From the NCBI GenBank assembly GCA_045802455.1, contig JBJMQX010000154.1:6925-70924 (forward strand): a DNA stretch of 64,000 bases, in the 5' to 3' direction. Under the pieces are notes generated by a model, which did not search any database, was not told the origin of the DNA, and saw nothing but the letters and a program-made list of their open reading frames with translations. The DNA comes from Phenylobacterium sp. GTDB taxonomy: Bacteria; Pseudomonadota; Alphaproteobacteria; Caulobacterales; Caulobacteraceae. Position 1 is the stretch's first letter; each line of letters opens with the position of its first letter. Below, piece by piece: positions 18,233-25,306 of the stretch. The position numbers and the translations under genes are program-made.

Positions 18233-18381
18233 TTCAACCACGAACCCACACAAACAGACACGAACGCGCAGCAGCCGGGGCAAGCTCGGATCTCGAGGCC
18301 TGCGGCGCTCGCGGGCCGGGCAAACCGATCCCTCTACGGCTTCGGCGCGTTCGTGCGTGTTCGTGTGGGTTCGTGGTTGAA
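18233..18381. repeat. 149-bp element: 37-bp imperfect terminal inverted repeats (34/37) around a 75-bp GC-rich core. MITE-like or a large hairpin.
   Basis: The left arm is TTCAACCACGAACCCACACAAACAGACACGAACGCGC at 18233..18269. The right arm is GCGCGTTCGTGCGTGTTCGTGTGGGTTCGTGGTTGAA at 18345..18381. Confidence 0.8.
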
Positions 18382-18527
18382 TTGGGCGCGCCTGCGGCGC
18401 GGCGCTGCGTGCGGCAATGGCGGAGCTTACGGCGGGGGCGCAGGCGGGGCATAGTCGAGGCGCGCGGGGGCGCGGGCGCGAGCCGGCGGTCCTCGCCGCC
18501 TGAGCGATCCGGAGCCCGGCCAGACCC

Positions 18528-20027
18528 TTGAGCAAGCGCGACGCCCCCTCGCTGTCCTGGTTCAGCCGGCTGACCGGCGTCGACCGCTATGGACTGGCCG
18601 TCGGCGTGGTGGCCGCAGCGACGGCGGTCGCCCAGGCGCTTTACATGATGACCGGCTCGACACGGGTGGGCGTGGTCTTCTCGATCGCCGTGCTGGTGAC
18701 CTCGTACCTGGTGGGCTCTGGGCCCGGCTATCTGGCCGCGGTGATCGCGTTCCCGATCTACAGCTATTATGTCGGCGGCGGCGGGGGCTTCCGGCTGGCC
18801 AACTATTCGGCCGAGGACATCCTGCTCCTGGCGTCGTTCCCGGTGCTGGCCGCGCTGATCGGCAACCTGACCGGCCGGGTGCGGGACGAGGCCAAGCGCG
18901 CGCACGCCCGCGCGGCGACCACGGCGGTGCTGTTCGAAGCCTCGCGCGAGTTCGCCGCCTCCGACGACGCGGCGCTGATCCGGGCGCGGCTGGCCGACCA
19001 CCTGGCGCAGGCGGCCGAGGGGCAGGCGTTCGTGCTGGACGGCGAGGTGCTGTGCGTGGGCGGCGAGGGCCCGCGGGGCGACGCGGGCGGGCCGGCGCCG
19101 ATGGTGCTGTCGGCGGCCCGCGCGCTGGCGCTGGAGGCGGCCGGCGAGCCGCGGTCCAGCGAGGCGGCGGGCTGGCGCACCCGCGCGCTGGCGGGCGGCG
19201 GCGTGGCCGGCTGGCGCGCCGATCCGCCGCTGAGCGAGGAGCAGGACGGCCTCCTGCAGATCATGGCCGACGCCGGGGCCGGCGCGATCGCCCGCGCGCA
19301 GCTGGCGGTGGCCAACTCGGAGGCGGAGGCCCGCGCCAAGACCGAGGACCTGCGCAACGCGCTGTTGTCGTCGATCAGCCACGACCTGCGAACCCCGCTG
19401 GCCGCCGTGTTGGCCTCGGCGTCCAGCCTGCAGGAGTTCGGCGACCAGTTCGACGCCAAGACCCGCGCGGACCTGACCGCCACCATCCAGGAGGAGGCCG
19501 AGCGGCTGAACGCCTTCGTGACCAACCTCCTGAACATGACCCGGCTGGAAGCCGGCGTGCTGCCCACCGAGAGCGCGGCGTTCGATCTCTCGGAGGTGGT
19601 CGAGCGGACGCGGCGGCGGTTCGAGAAGCTGCGCGGCCAACGGAAGATCGAGTGGGCGCTGGCGGAAGGGGCCCGCTCGGCGGTGGGCGACCCGGTGCTG
19701 TTCGAGGTGGCGCTGGGCAACGTGCTGGAGAACGCGGTGCGCTACAGCCCCGACGGCGGCACCATCACCGTGGGCGGCGAGCGGCGCGGCGGGCGCGTGG
19801 TGGTGGAGGTGGCCGACGAGGGGCCGGGCGTGGCGCGCGCGGAGCTCCCCAGGCTGTTCGACAAGTTCTATCGCGGCTCGGGGGCCAAGCGGCTGCCGGG
19901 GACCGGCTTGGGGCTTTCCATCGTGCGCGGGGTGATGCAGGGCATGGGCGGCGAGGCGGGCGCGGACCTGCGCGCCGGGCGCAGCGGCCTGGTGGTCTCG
20001 CTGAGCCTGCCGGCCGTGGGCGTATGA
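18528..20027 (+). CDS. Sensor histidine kinase, KdpD C-terminal type (DUF4118 membrane domain + HisKA + HATPase), lacking the Kdp N-terminal sensor domain
   Basis: TTG start. Four TM segments followed by the H-box [15 protein letters not shown]. ATPase G-boxes: DEGPGV and [11 protein letters not shown]. Confidence 0.9.
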   Translation: MSKRDAPSLSWFSRLTGVDRYGLAVGVVAAATAVAQALYMMTGSTRVGVVFSIAVLVTSYLVGSGPGYLAAVIAFPIYSYYVGGGGGFRLANYSAEDILLLASFPVLAALIGNLTGRVRDEAKRAHARAATTAVLFEASREFAASDDAALIRARLADHLAQAAEGQAFVLDGEVLCVGGEGPRGDAGGPAPMVLSAARALALEAAGEPRSSEAAGWRTRALAGGGVAGWRADPPLSEEQDGLLQIMADAGAGAIARAQLAVANSEAEARAKTEDLRNALLSSISHDLRTPLAAVLASASSLQEFGDQFDAKTRADLTATIQEEAERLNAFVTNLLNMTRLEAGVLPTESAAFDLSEVVERTRRRFEKLRGQRKIEWALAEGARSAVGDPVLFEVALGNVLENAVRYSPDGGTITVGGERRGGRVVVEVADEGPGVARAELPRLFDKFYRGSGAKRLPGTGLGLSIVRGVMQGMGGEAGADLRAGRSGLVVSLSLPAVGV

Positions 20028-20061
20028 GCGGCGCGGCGCAGCGCAGGAGGGAGATGGCGCA

Positions 20062-20754
20062 ATGACGAGCCGGCTGCTGATCGTCGACGACGAGCCGCAG
20101 ATCGTGCGCGCGCTGACGCCGGCCATGGCGGCGGCGGGGTTCGAGGTGCTGAGCGCCGACACCGGCGACGCGGCGCTGGCCCAGCTCTCCGGCCAGCCCA
20201 GCGACGTGGTGATCCTAGACCTGGGCCTGCCCGACATCGACGGCAAGGAGGTGATCCAGCGGGTGCGCGAGTGGTCCGACGTGCCGATCATCGTGCTCTC
20301 GGCGCGCGACCTGGAGAGCGAGAAGATCGCGGCGCTGGACGTGGGCGCCGACGACTTCGTGAACAAGCCGGTGGGCGTGGGCGAGCTCCTGGCGCGGATC
20401 CGGGCGGTGATGCGCGGGCGCGAGCGGCGGTTCTCGGCCCAGCCCCGGTTCCAGTTCGGCCCGCTGGAGATCAACTTCCCGGCCAGGCGGGTGCTGGTGA
20501 ACGGCGAGGAGATCCGGCTGACGCCGCGCGAATACCAGCTGCTGCGCATCCTGGCGGGGCACGCCGGGCAGGTGGTCACCCACAAGCAGATCATCATGTC
20601 GGTGTGGGGCGCGGACTCCAACGCCGACGCCCAGTTCGTGCGCGTGCTGATGGCGCAGTTGCGCCAGAAGCTGGAGCCCGACCCGGCGAGCCCGGCGATG
20701 CTGCTGACCGAGCCGGGGATCGGCTACCGGCTGTACTGCGAGGATGACGCCTGA
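20062..20754 (+). CDS. OmpR/KdpE-like response regulator
   Basis: Receiver domain (LLIVDDEPQI...VILDLGLPDIDG) plus a winged-helix output domain (LTPREYQLLRILA...GIGYRL). Confidence 0.95.
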   Translation: MTSRLLIVDDEPQIVRALTPAMAAAGFEVLSADTGDAALAQLSGQPSDVVILDLGLPDIDGKEVIQRVREWSDVPIIVLSARDLESEKIAALDVGADDFVNKPVGVGELLARIRAVMRGRERRFSAQPRFQFGPLEINFPARRVLVNGEEIRLTPREYQLLRILAGHAGQVVTHKQIIMSVWGADSNADAQFVRVLMAQLRQKLEPDPASPAMLLTEPGIGYRLYCEDDA

Positions 20755-20780
20755 GCGGCGTTCATCCGTTTAAGGATTCG

Positions 20781-21752
20781 ATGCCGGCCAAATCCCGCGA
20801 CCCGAGCTACGAAGCCCACCTGGAGGCGCTGCTGGAGAGCGTCAGCGAGGGTTTCTATGCGCTGGACGCCGACTGGCGCTACGTCGTCTTCAACCGCGCC
20901 GCGGAAGACTATTTCGGCGTCTCGCGCACCCAGCTGATGGGCCGCACGATGTGGGAGGTCTTCCCGCAAGGCCGCGGCACGCCCTTCGAGGCCCACTGCC
21001 GGGCGGCGATGGAGCAGGGGGTCTCGACGACCTTCGAGACGCCGTCGCGGCTGCGGCCCGACCGAATCGTGGAGCTGCGGATCGTGCCGCTCCGGGGCGG
21101 TGGGCTGGCGGTGACGCTGACCGACGTGACCGAGCGGCGCCAGGCCGACGCGCGCCAGCGGCTGCTGGTCAACGAGCTGAACCACCGGGTGAAGAATGCG
21201 CTGGCCACCGTGCAGGCGATCGCCGCCCAGAGCCTGCGCGGGGAGGATGTCGCGCCGGCGGCGCGGGAGCGGTTCCTGGCCCGGCTGATGGCGCTGGCGC
21301 GGGCCAACGACGTGCTGGTGGCGGAGGACTGGGAAGGGGCGGGCCTGGCGGCGATCGCCGCGGAGGTGGCCAAGCCGCACGGGTCGGGCGAACGGTTCCA
21401 CATCGAGGGCCCGGCGGTGCATCTCGCGCCGCAGGCGGCGACGGCGATGGCGCTGGCGCTGCATGAGCTCGCGACCAATGCGGCCAAGTACGGCGCCCTG
21501 TCGACGGCGGAAGGCCGCGTGGCGCTGACCTGGACGCTGGAGGGCGAGGGCGCGGCGCGGCGGTTCCGGCTGGCGTGGCGCGAACGCGGGGGGCCGCAGG
21601 TGACCCCGCCCGGCGCCAGCGGCTTTGGAACCCGGCTGATCGAGCGCGGCCTGGCCGGCGGGCTGAAGGCGCAGGTGAAGCTGGACTACGCGCCGCAGGG
21701 CCTGGTGTTCAGCCTCACCGCGCCGCTGGGCGAGGTGCTGAGCGAAGGGTAG
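20781..21752 (+). CDS. PAS-domain HWE/HisKA_2-type histidine kinase
   Basis: PAS region (LLESVSEGFYALDADWRYVVFNRAAEDYFG) and H-box NELNHRVKNALATVQAIA. C-terminal HELATNAAKYGA. Confidence 0.9.
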   Translation: MPAKSRDPSYEAHLEALLESVSEGFYALDADWRYVVFNRAAEDYFGVSRTQLMGRTMWEVFPQGRGTPFEAHCRAAMEQGVSTTFETPSRLRPDRIVELRIVPLRGGGLAVTLTDVTERRQADARQRLLVNELNHRVKNALATVQAIAAQSLRGEDVAPAARERFLARLMALARANDVLVAEDWEGAGLAAIAAEVAKPHGSGERFHIEGPAVHLAPQAATAMALALHELATNAAKYGALSTAEGRVALTWTLEGEGAARRFRLAWRERGGPQVTPPGASGFGTRLIERGLAGGLKAQVKLDYAPQGLVFSLTAPLGEVLSEG

Positions 21753-21760
21753 AGCCGCCG

Positions 21761-22096
21761 CTAGGCGTCGGCGACCAGGACCTCGGGCTCATAGAAGTAG
21801 CTGATCGGGACCTGCAGGGCGCAGGCCATGTTCCAGAGCTGGGACGCGGAGATGGAGCAGGCGCCGCTCTCGTACTTCTGGACCTGCTGGAAGCTGACGC
21901 CGCAGACGCCGGCCAGGTCGCTGAGGGTGATCTCGACGGCGCGGCGGCGCCGGCGGATAGCCGCCCCGATGCGGCTCTGCACGTCCTTCGCCGCGGTCTC
22001 GAAGGTGATGGACGCAAAGCCGCGCCGGACGCCGTCGGCATGCAGGTCCAGGAGCCCGGCGAGGCGGCTGCGATCGAGGAACGATGGGCTGTCCAT
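21761..22096 (-). CDS. XRE-family helix-turn-helix transcriptional regulator
   Basis: ITLSDLAGVCGVSFQQVQKYESGACSISASQLWNMACAL is a Cro/C1-type HTH. Confidence 0.85.
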   Translation of the reverse strand: MDSPSFLDRSRLAGLLDLHADGVRRGFASITFETAAKDVQSRIGAAIRRRRRAVEITLSDLAGVCGVSFQQVQKYESGACSISASQLWNMACALQVPISYFYEPEVLVADA

Positions 22097-22251
22097 GAGG
22101 AACTCCGGCTAGGGCCCTCAGGATGGACGCATCGGCCCCGGCGCAGTGATGCATCGGCGGGCGCGCGGGTGCACGGCGCTGCACATATTCGCATTTGAGG
22201 CGAGTTCGGGCCCGTCAGGGGCGCAGACGATGAAGACTTAGGCGCCTGCCC

Positions 22252-22455
22252 TTAGGTGGGCGGCCCGGCGCGGCGGGCGAGCTCCGAATTGCCCTTCGGC
22301 GTGATGTCCCAGCCTTCATGGCTTCTGGCGGCCAGACCGAGGTCGCTCAGCGCGCGGGCGGCGGCGATGTTGACGAAGGCCACCGCCTCGCCCGCCTGCT
22401 TGCGGGCGAGCAGGTGCAGGGTGTGAAGCTGGAGGTCGGTGAGGTCGTGCGTCAT
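22252..22455 (-). CDS. Hypothetical small protein (67 aa)
   Basis: Ordinary composition (MTHDLTDLQLHTLHLLARKQAGEAVAFVNIAAARALSDLGLAARSHEGWDITPKG). Last member of a packed string of small ORFs. Confidence 0.5.
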   Translation of the reverse strand: MTHDLTDLQLHTLHLLARKQAGEAVAFVNIAAARALSDLGLAARSHEGWDITPKGNSELARRAGPPT

Positions 22456-22489
22456 GCGCCCACTGGCCGCCGGGTCACCGGCCGGCGGG

Positions 22490-22669
22490 TCACTGGCCGC
22501 CGCCCAGCGGGTTCGCCCGGGCCTGCATGCGGCCGTGGAGCCGCTCGCGCTCCTGCCGGAGCCGGTCGAGCTCGGCGGAGAGGTCGGTGACGTCCGACTG
22601 AAGCTGGGCCACCCGGGCCTTGAGGTAGGTGTTTTCGCGCAGCAGGGCTTCCGAGCTGGTGTCCGTCAT
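22490..22669 (-). CDS. Hypothetical coiled-coil micro-protein (59 aa, below the ORF-track cutoff)
   Basis: My translation is MTDTSSEALLRENTYLKARVAQLQSDVTDLSAELDRLRQERERLHGRMQARANPLGGGQ*. GGGAGG Shine-Dalgarno 6 nt upstream of ATG 22669. Confidence 0.5.
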   Translation of the reverse strand: MTDTSSEALLRENTYLKARVAQLQSDVTDLSAELDRLRQERERLHGRMQARANPLGGGQ

Positions 22670-22691
22670 CCTGGCCTCCCTGGCCGGCCGT

Positions 22692-22949
22692 CTAGCGCGC
22701 GGCCGTGATGTCCTTGATCATGGCCTGGACGGGGGCCTTGGCGCCAGCGTTCCACATGGCCCGCAGATGGGCCAGGGTGAGCGCCGCGGCGCCCTCGAGC
22801 TTCCACTCGCAATCCTCGAACCGGCAAGCGTCGAACGTGGGCGGCTCGCCGCCGGAATAGACCAGCCGGCAGGCGCGGAACTCGCACGCGTCGAAGGCTT
22901 CGCCGTCCAGGACGACGGTCTCGTGATTGTAGCTGACGTTGTCCGGCAT
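22692..22949 (-). CDS. Hypothetical Cys-containing small protein (85 aa)
   Basis: Start moved to Met74 of the track ORF (MPDNVSYNHETVVLDGEAFDACEFRACRLVYSGGEPPTFDACRFEDCEWKLEG...). The upstream part is P/R/S shadow. Confidence 0.55.
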   Translation of the reverse strand: MPDNVSYNHETVVLDGEAFDACEFRACRLVYSGGEPPTFDACRFEDCEWKLEGAAALTLAHLRAMWNAGAKAPVQAMIKDITAAR

Positions 22950-22959
22950 GCAGGTCCCG

Positions 22960-23121
22960 CTAGTCCTTCGGACCGGAGTCGTTTTCCGGATCGGCCCCGG
23001 ATCCGGCCGCGCGCTCGCGGTCGCGCTGCTCGGCCTTGGCCGAGGCCTTCTGGGCGGCCTTGGCGGCCTTGGCGCGGTCGCGCTCGGCGCGCTCGAACTG
23101 GTAGTTGGGTTTGCGAGCCAT
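22960..23121 (-). CDS. Hypothetical highly charged micro-protein (53 aa, below the ORF-track cutoff)
   Basis: My translation is MARKPNYQFERAERDRAKAAKAAQKASAKAEQRDRERAAGSGADPENDSGPKD*. GGAG about 9 nt upstream of ATG 23121. Confidence 0.45.
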   Translation of the reverse strand: MARKPNYQFERAERDRAKAAKAAQKASAKAEQRDRERAAGSGADPENDSGPKD

Positions 23122-23142
23122 CGGTGGGACTCCAAATCGAAG

Positions 23143-23505
23143 CTATTGACGGGCCTTGCGCGCAGCATAGCGGGAGTCGCGCTTGGCTTTAGCCTCAGCC
23201 TTGGTGAGGGCCTTGCGTTCCTTGCGCTCGCCGCGCTTGGCGTCCAGCACGGCCGCAGCCTGCGCTTCCTCGGCCAGCCGGGCGTCCTCGATCGCCTGGG
23301 CGGCGGCGGCCGTCTTGGCCGATTTCGCCTCGGCGCGGGCCTGGCGAGCCTCGTCCAGCTCCCGCTTCTTCACCGCCGCCCGCGAGGGCGCGGATGGGTC
23401 GGTGACGGTCGGCTGCGGGCGGAACTTGGCCAGCAGAGCCTGCTTGGCCTCCGCCGCCCGCTTGAGCCGGTCGGAGAACCCGGCGCCGTCGATGTCATGG
23501 GTCAT
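23143..23505 (-). CDS. Charged K/A/E-rich small protein, DUF6481-like (family name from memory)
   Basis: Start moved to MTHDIDGAGFSDRLKRAAEAKQALLAKFRPQP. The C-terminal part is lysine/alanine/glutamate-rich. Confidence 0.6.
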   Translation of the reverse strand: MTHDIDGAGFSDRLKRAAEAKQALLAKFRPQPTVTDPSAPSRAAVKKRELDEARQARAEAKSAKTAAAAQAIEDARLAEEAQAAAVLDAKRGERKERKALTKAEAKAKRDSRYAARKARQ

Positions 23506-23723
23506 GAGCGGTGCTGAGCTCCGGCGGTCGTCGAAGGCGCCTCGTCGGGTTTGAACGCCGCGGAGCAGATGGCCTGGAGATGGCCTGCGATCGAGCGCGG
23601 GGCCAGGAGCGCGTCGACCGCGCGGCAACCGTCGGCCTTCAGGCGTCGCTTGAGGCTGGCGAGGTCCGGCGCTTCGCCGTAGCGGGCCAGCTGGTAGGCG
23701 CGTTCGATGGTGGAGAGGGTCAT
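23502..23723 (-). CDS. Hypothetical small protein (73 aa)
   Basis: Start moved to MTLSTIERAYQLARYGEAPDLASLKRRLKADG. AAGGA about 8 nt upstream. 4-nt overlap with the next gene. Confidence 0.55.
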   Translation of the reverse strand: MTLSTIERAYQLARYGEAPDLASLKRRLKADGCRAVDALLAPRSIAGHLQAICSAAFKPDEAPSTTAGAQHRS

Positions 23724-23740
23724 GGTTCCGTCCTTACTGT

Positions 23741-23770
23741 CCAGGAGGAGGGGCGGACCCGCCCTCCTGG
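23741..23770 (-). terminator. GC-rich stem-loop between the cold-shock gene and the small-ORF string (terminator or attenuator, no U-tract)
   Basis: CCAGGAGG at 23741..23748 pairs with CCTCCTGG at 23763..23770, and there is inner GCGG/CCGC pairing. Confidence 0.35.
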
Positions 23771-23782
23771 ACAACCGTAGCC

Positions 23783-23992
23783 TTAGGCCGCCTGCAGCTG
23801 GCCGGCCGACATCTTGCCGCTGCGCTGGTCGCGCTCGAGCTCGTAGCCGAGCTTCTGGCCTTCCTGGATCGAGCCGAGGCCCGAACGTTCCACGGCCGAG
23901 ATGTGCACGAACACGTCGGGGCCGCCGGCGTCAGGCTGGATGAAGCCGAAGCCCTTGGCGGGATTGAACCACTTCACAATACCGGTCGTCAT
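23783..23992 (-). CDS. Cold-shock protein (CspA family)
   Basis: [31 protein letters not shown] contains the RNP1/RNP2 motifs. ATG 23992 is preferred over GTG 24001. Confidence 0.95.
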   Translation of the reverse strand: MTTGIVKWFNPAKGFGFIQPDAGGPDVFVHISAVERSGLGSIQEGQKLGYELERDQRSGKMSAGQLQAA

Positions 23993-24407
23993 AGTTTTCA
24001 CTCTTCAAGTGTGAGTTTTCGCGCGCCCGGGATCGGACGAGAGATCAAAATGCCGAAGAAGGTCTAGGTAGGCTCGGGCTCGATCCGAAGAACAAGCGTG
24101 GAGAGCAACCGAACCGAAAGCGATATCCGATTTGCATATACTGGCACGGAATCGCCGGAAAAGCGAGCCGCAATTTTTCTTCTGACCGCCGCCGAGGCCA
24201 CCGATAGCAATTGCGGCGTAGCGACACTATATAAGGTGCAGCGCCGTCGGGTGTGTGCCGCCAATCAAGCGGTCGAACAGTCCCGATGCGGCGGTCCTCG
24301 AGACATCCCATGCCAGCGCTGTTCGCCGCTGCAGCACTCTGTGTGCTGAGCGCTCTCGCCCTTCGCCCCACCCTGGCCCTGATGGCCGCGACGTTCGGCG
24401 GCGGCCG

Positions 24408-24560
24408 ATGAGCCCGCGCCTGAAGACGCCGGCGGAGACGCCGCAAGCCTTGCCGCCGCTGACCAACGCGCCCTTCTTCTCGGCGCGAAACGTTCCCCTC
24501 TGGATGAGCCTGGTGATGATCGCGGCGTTCGCCGGGATCGTCGCCCTGGCTCCGCATTGA
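24408..24560 (+). CDS. Possible 50-aa single-TM micro-protein
   Basis: MSPRLKTPAETPQALPPLTNAPFFSARNVPLWMSLVMIAAFAGIVALAPH. Weak RBS. Only the TM-like segment supports it. Confidence 0.25.
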   Translation: MSPRLKTPAETPQALPPLTNAPFFSARNVPLWMSLVMIAAFAGIVALAPH

Positions 24561-24573
24561 ACGGAGGCCACCG

Positions 24574-24801
24574 ATGGTCCTGCTGAAACGGCAAGTCAGA
24601 GCCAGCGAATATCGCCGGTTGGCCGATCAGGCGTCCGTCCTGGCGGACGGCAGCCTGCTGGAGAATGTGCGCGAGAAGCACAGGATCGCCGCCGCCAGAT
24701 GGGCGACGCTGGCCGCCCTGGACGAAGACGCCGCAGTTCCCGCGCCCATTCCAACGCTCGGCCGTGGAAACCTCCACGACAGCCACGTGAAAGGCCTCTG
24801 A
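24574..24801 (+). CDS. Hypothetical small protein (75 aa)
   Basis: GGAGG 6 nt upstream of ATG 24574. Ordinary composition (RASEYRRLADQASVLADGSLLENVREKHRIAAARWATLAAL). Confidence 0.5.
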   Translation: MVLLKRQVRASEYRRLADQASVLADGSLLENVREKHRIAAARWATLAALDEDAAVPAPIPTLGRGNLHDSHVKGL

Positions 24802-24929
24802 TGAAGATCTGGGACTATCCGCCTCGCACGCCTGTCCGGCGCGACCTGATCGATCCCCGCTCGGCGCGAACCTCGACGGCCGGGGCCGTTCGGAAACCCC
24901 TGCTCAACGACCGCCGGAGCACGCGCTAG
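24801..24929 (+). CDS. Possible 42-aa micro-ORF translationally coupled (TGATG) to the preceding gene
   Basis: MKIWDYPPRTPVRRDLIDPRSARTSTAGAVRKPLLNDRRSTR. The start overlaps the stop of 24574..24801. Confidence 0.25.
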   Translation: MKIWDYPPRTPVRRDLIDPRSARTSTAGAVRKPLLNDRRSTR

Positions 24930-25001
24930 GAGCCTCTCCCAGCCGGCCGGCCGGTGGCACGGCCCTTGCCTTGGTAAACGCCATCAGCAGGGAGAGACCC
25001 G

Positions 25002-25268
25002 ATGCCCTCAGCGATCGGCGCTGCGCATGCGCACATCCCCGCGGCAAATTTGTCCGCGGACAAGCCTTTGAATCCCGCCCAGGCGGCAAGAGCTGCCGAC
25101 CCAACCGCCAAGGGGGCCGCCTTCGGGGCGCTTGTCTCCAGCCTGGCGAAGGCGAAGCACGCGCCGCCGCAGACGCCGCCGGTGGATGAAACCGCTCCTA
25201 CCGATCCGGTCGTCACCGACCCGCTGGTGACCGGCGACACCGGAACCGTGATCGATCTCACGGCCTGA
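25002..25268 (+). CDS. Hypothetical Ala/Pro-rich small protein (88 aa)
   Basis: GGGAGAG Shine-Dalgarno about 6 nt upstream of ATG 25002. Low-complexity sequence. Confidence 0.4.
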   Translation: MPSAIGAAHAHIPAANLSADKPLNPAQAARAADPTAKGAAFGALVSSLAKAKHAPPQTPPVDETAPTDPVVTDPLVTGDTGTVIDLTA

Positions 25269-25306
25269 GCGTCACCGGAGGCTGGCGCGCGATCGAGTCA
25301 CAGTCC

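Noticed and set aside
18234-20621. 795-aa minus ORF opposite the histidine kinase and response regulator, plus 19052..20065 (+)
   Set aside because: Shadow frames. The + frame at 18528..20027 and 20062..20754 carries unmistakable HisKA/HATPase and receiver/winged-helix motifs.
21761-22455. Reading the XRE-type HTH gene plus the adjacent 67-aa ORF as a toxin-antitoxin pair
   Set aside because: The genes are 155 bp apart, not overlapping. The 67-aa product shows no toxin fold that I recognise (no RelE/HigB/HipA/Doc-like motifs). XRE regulators of this size are common stand-alone genes.
24255-24407. N-terminal 51 codons of the track ORF 24255..24560
   Set aside because: R/S/P-rich shadow-like sequence with no RBS. 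Only the distal Met (24408) with the TM-like segment is retained, and even that with low confidence.
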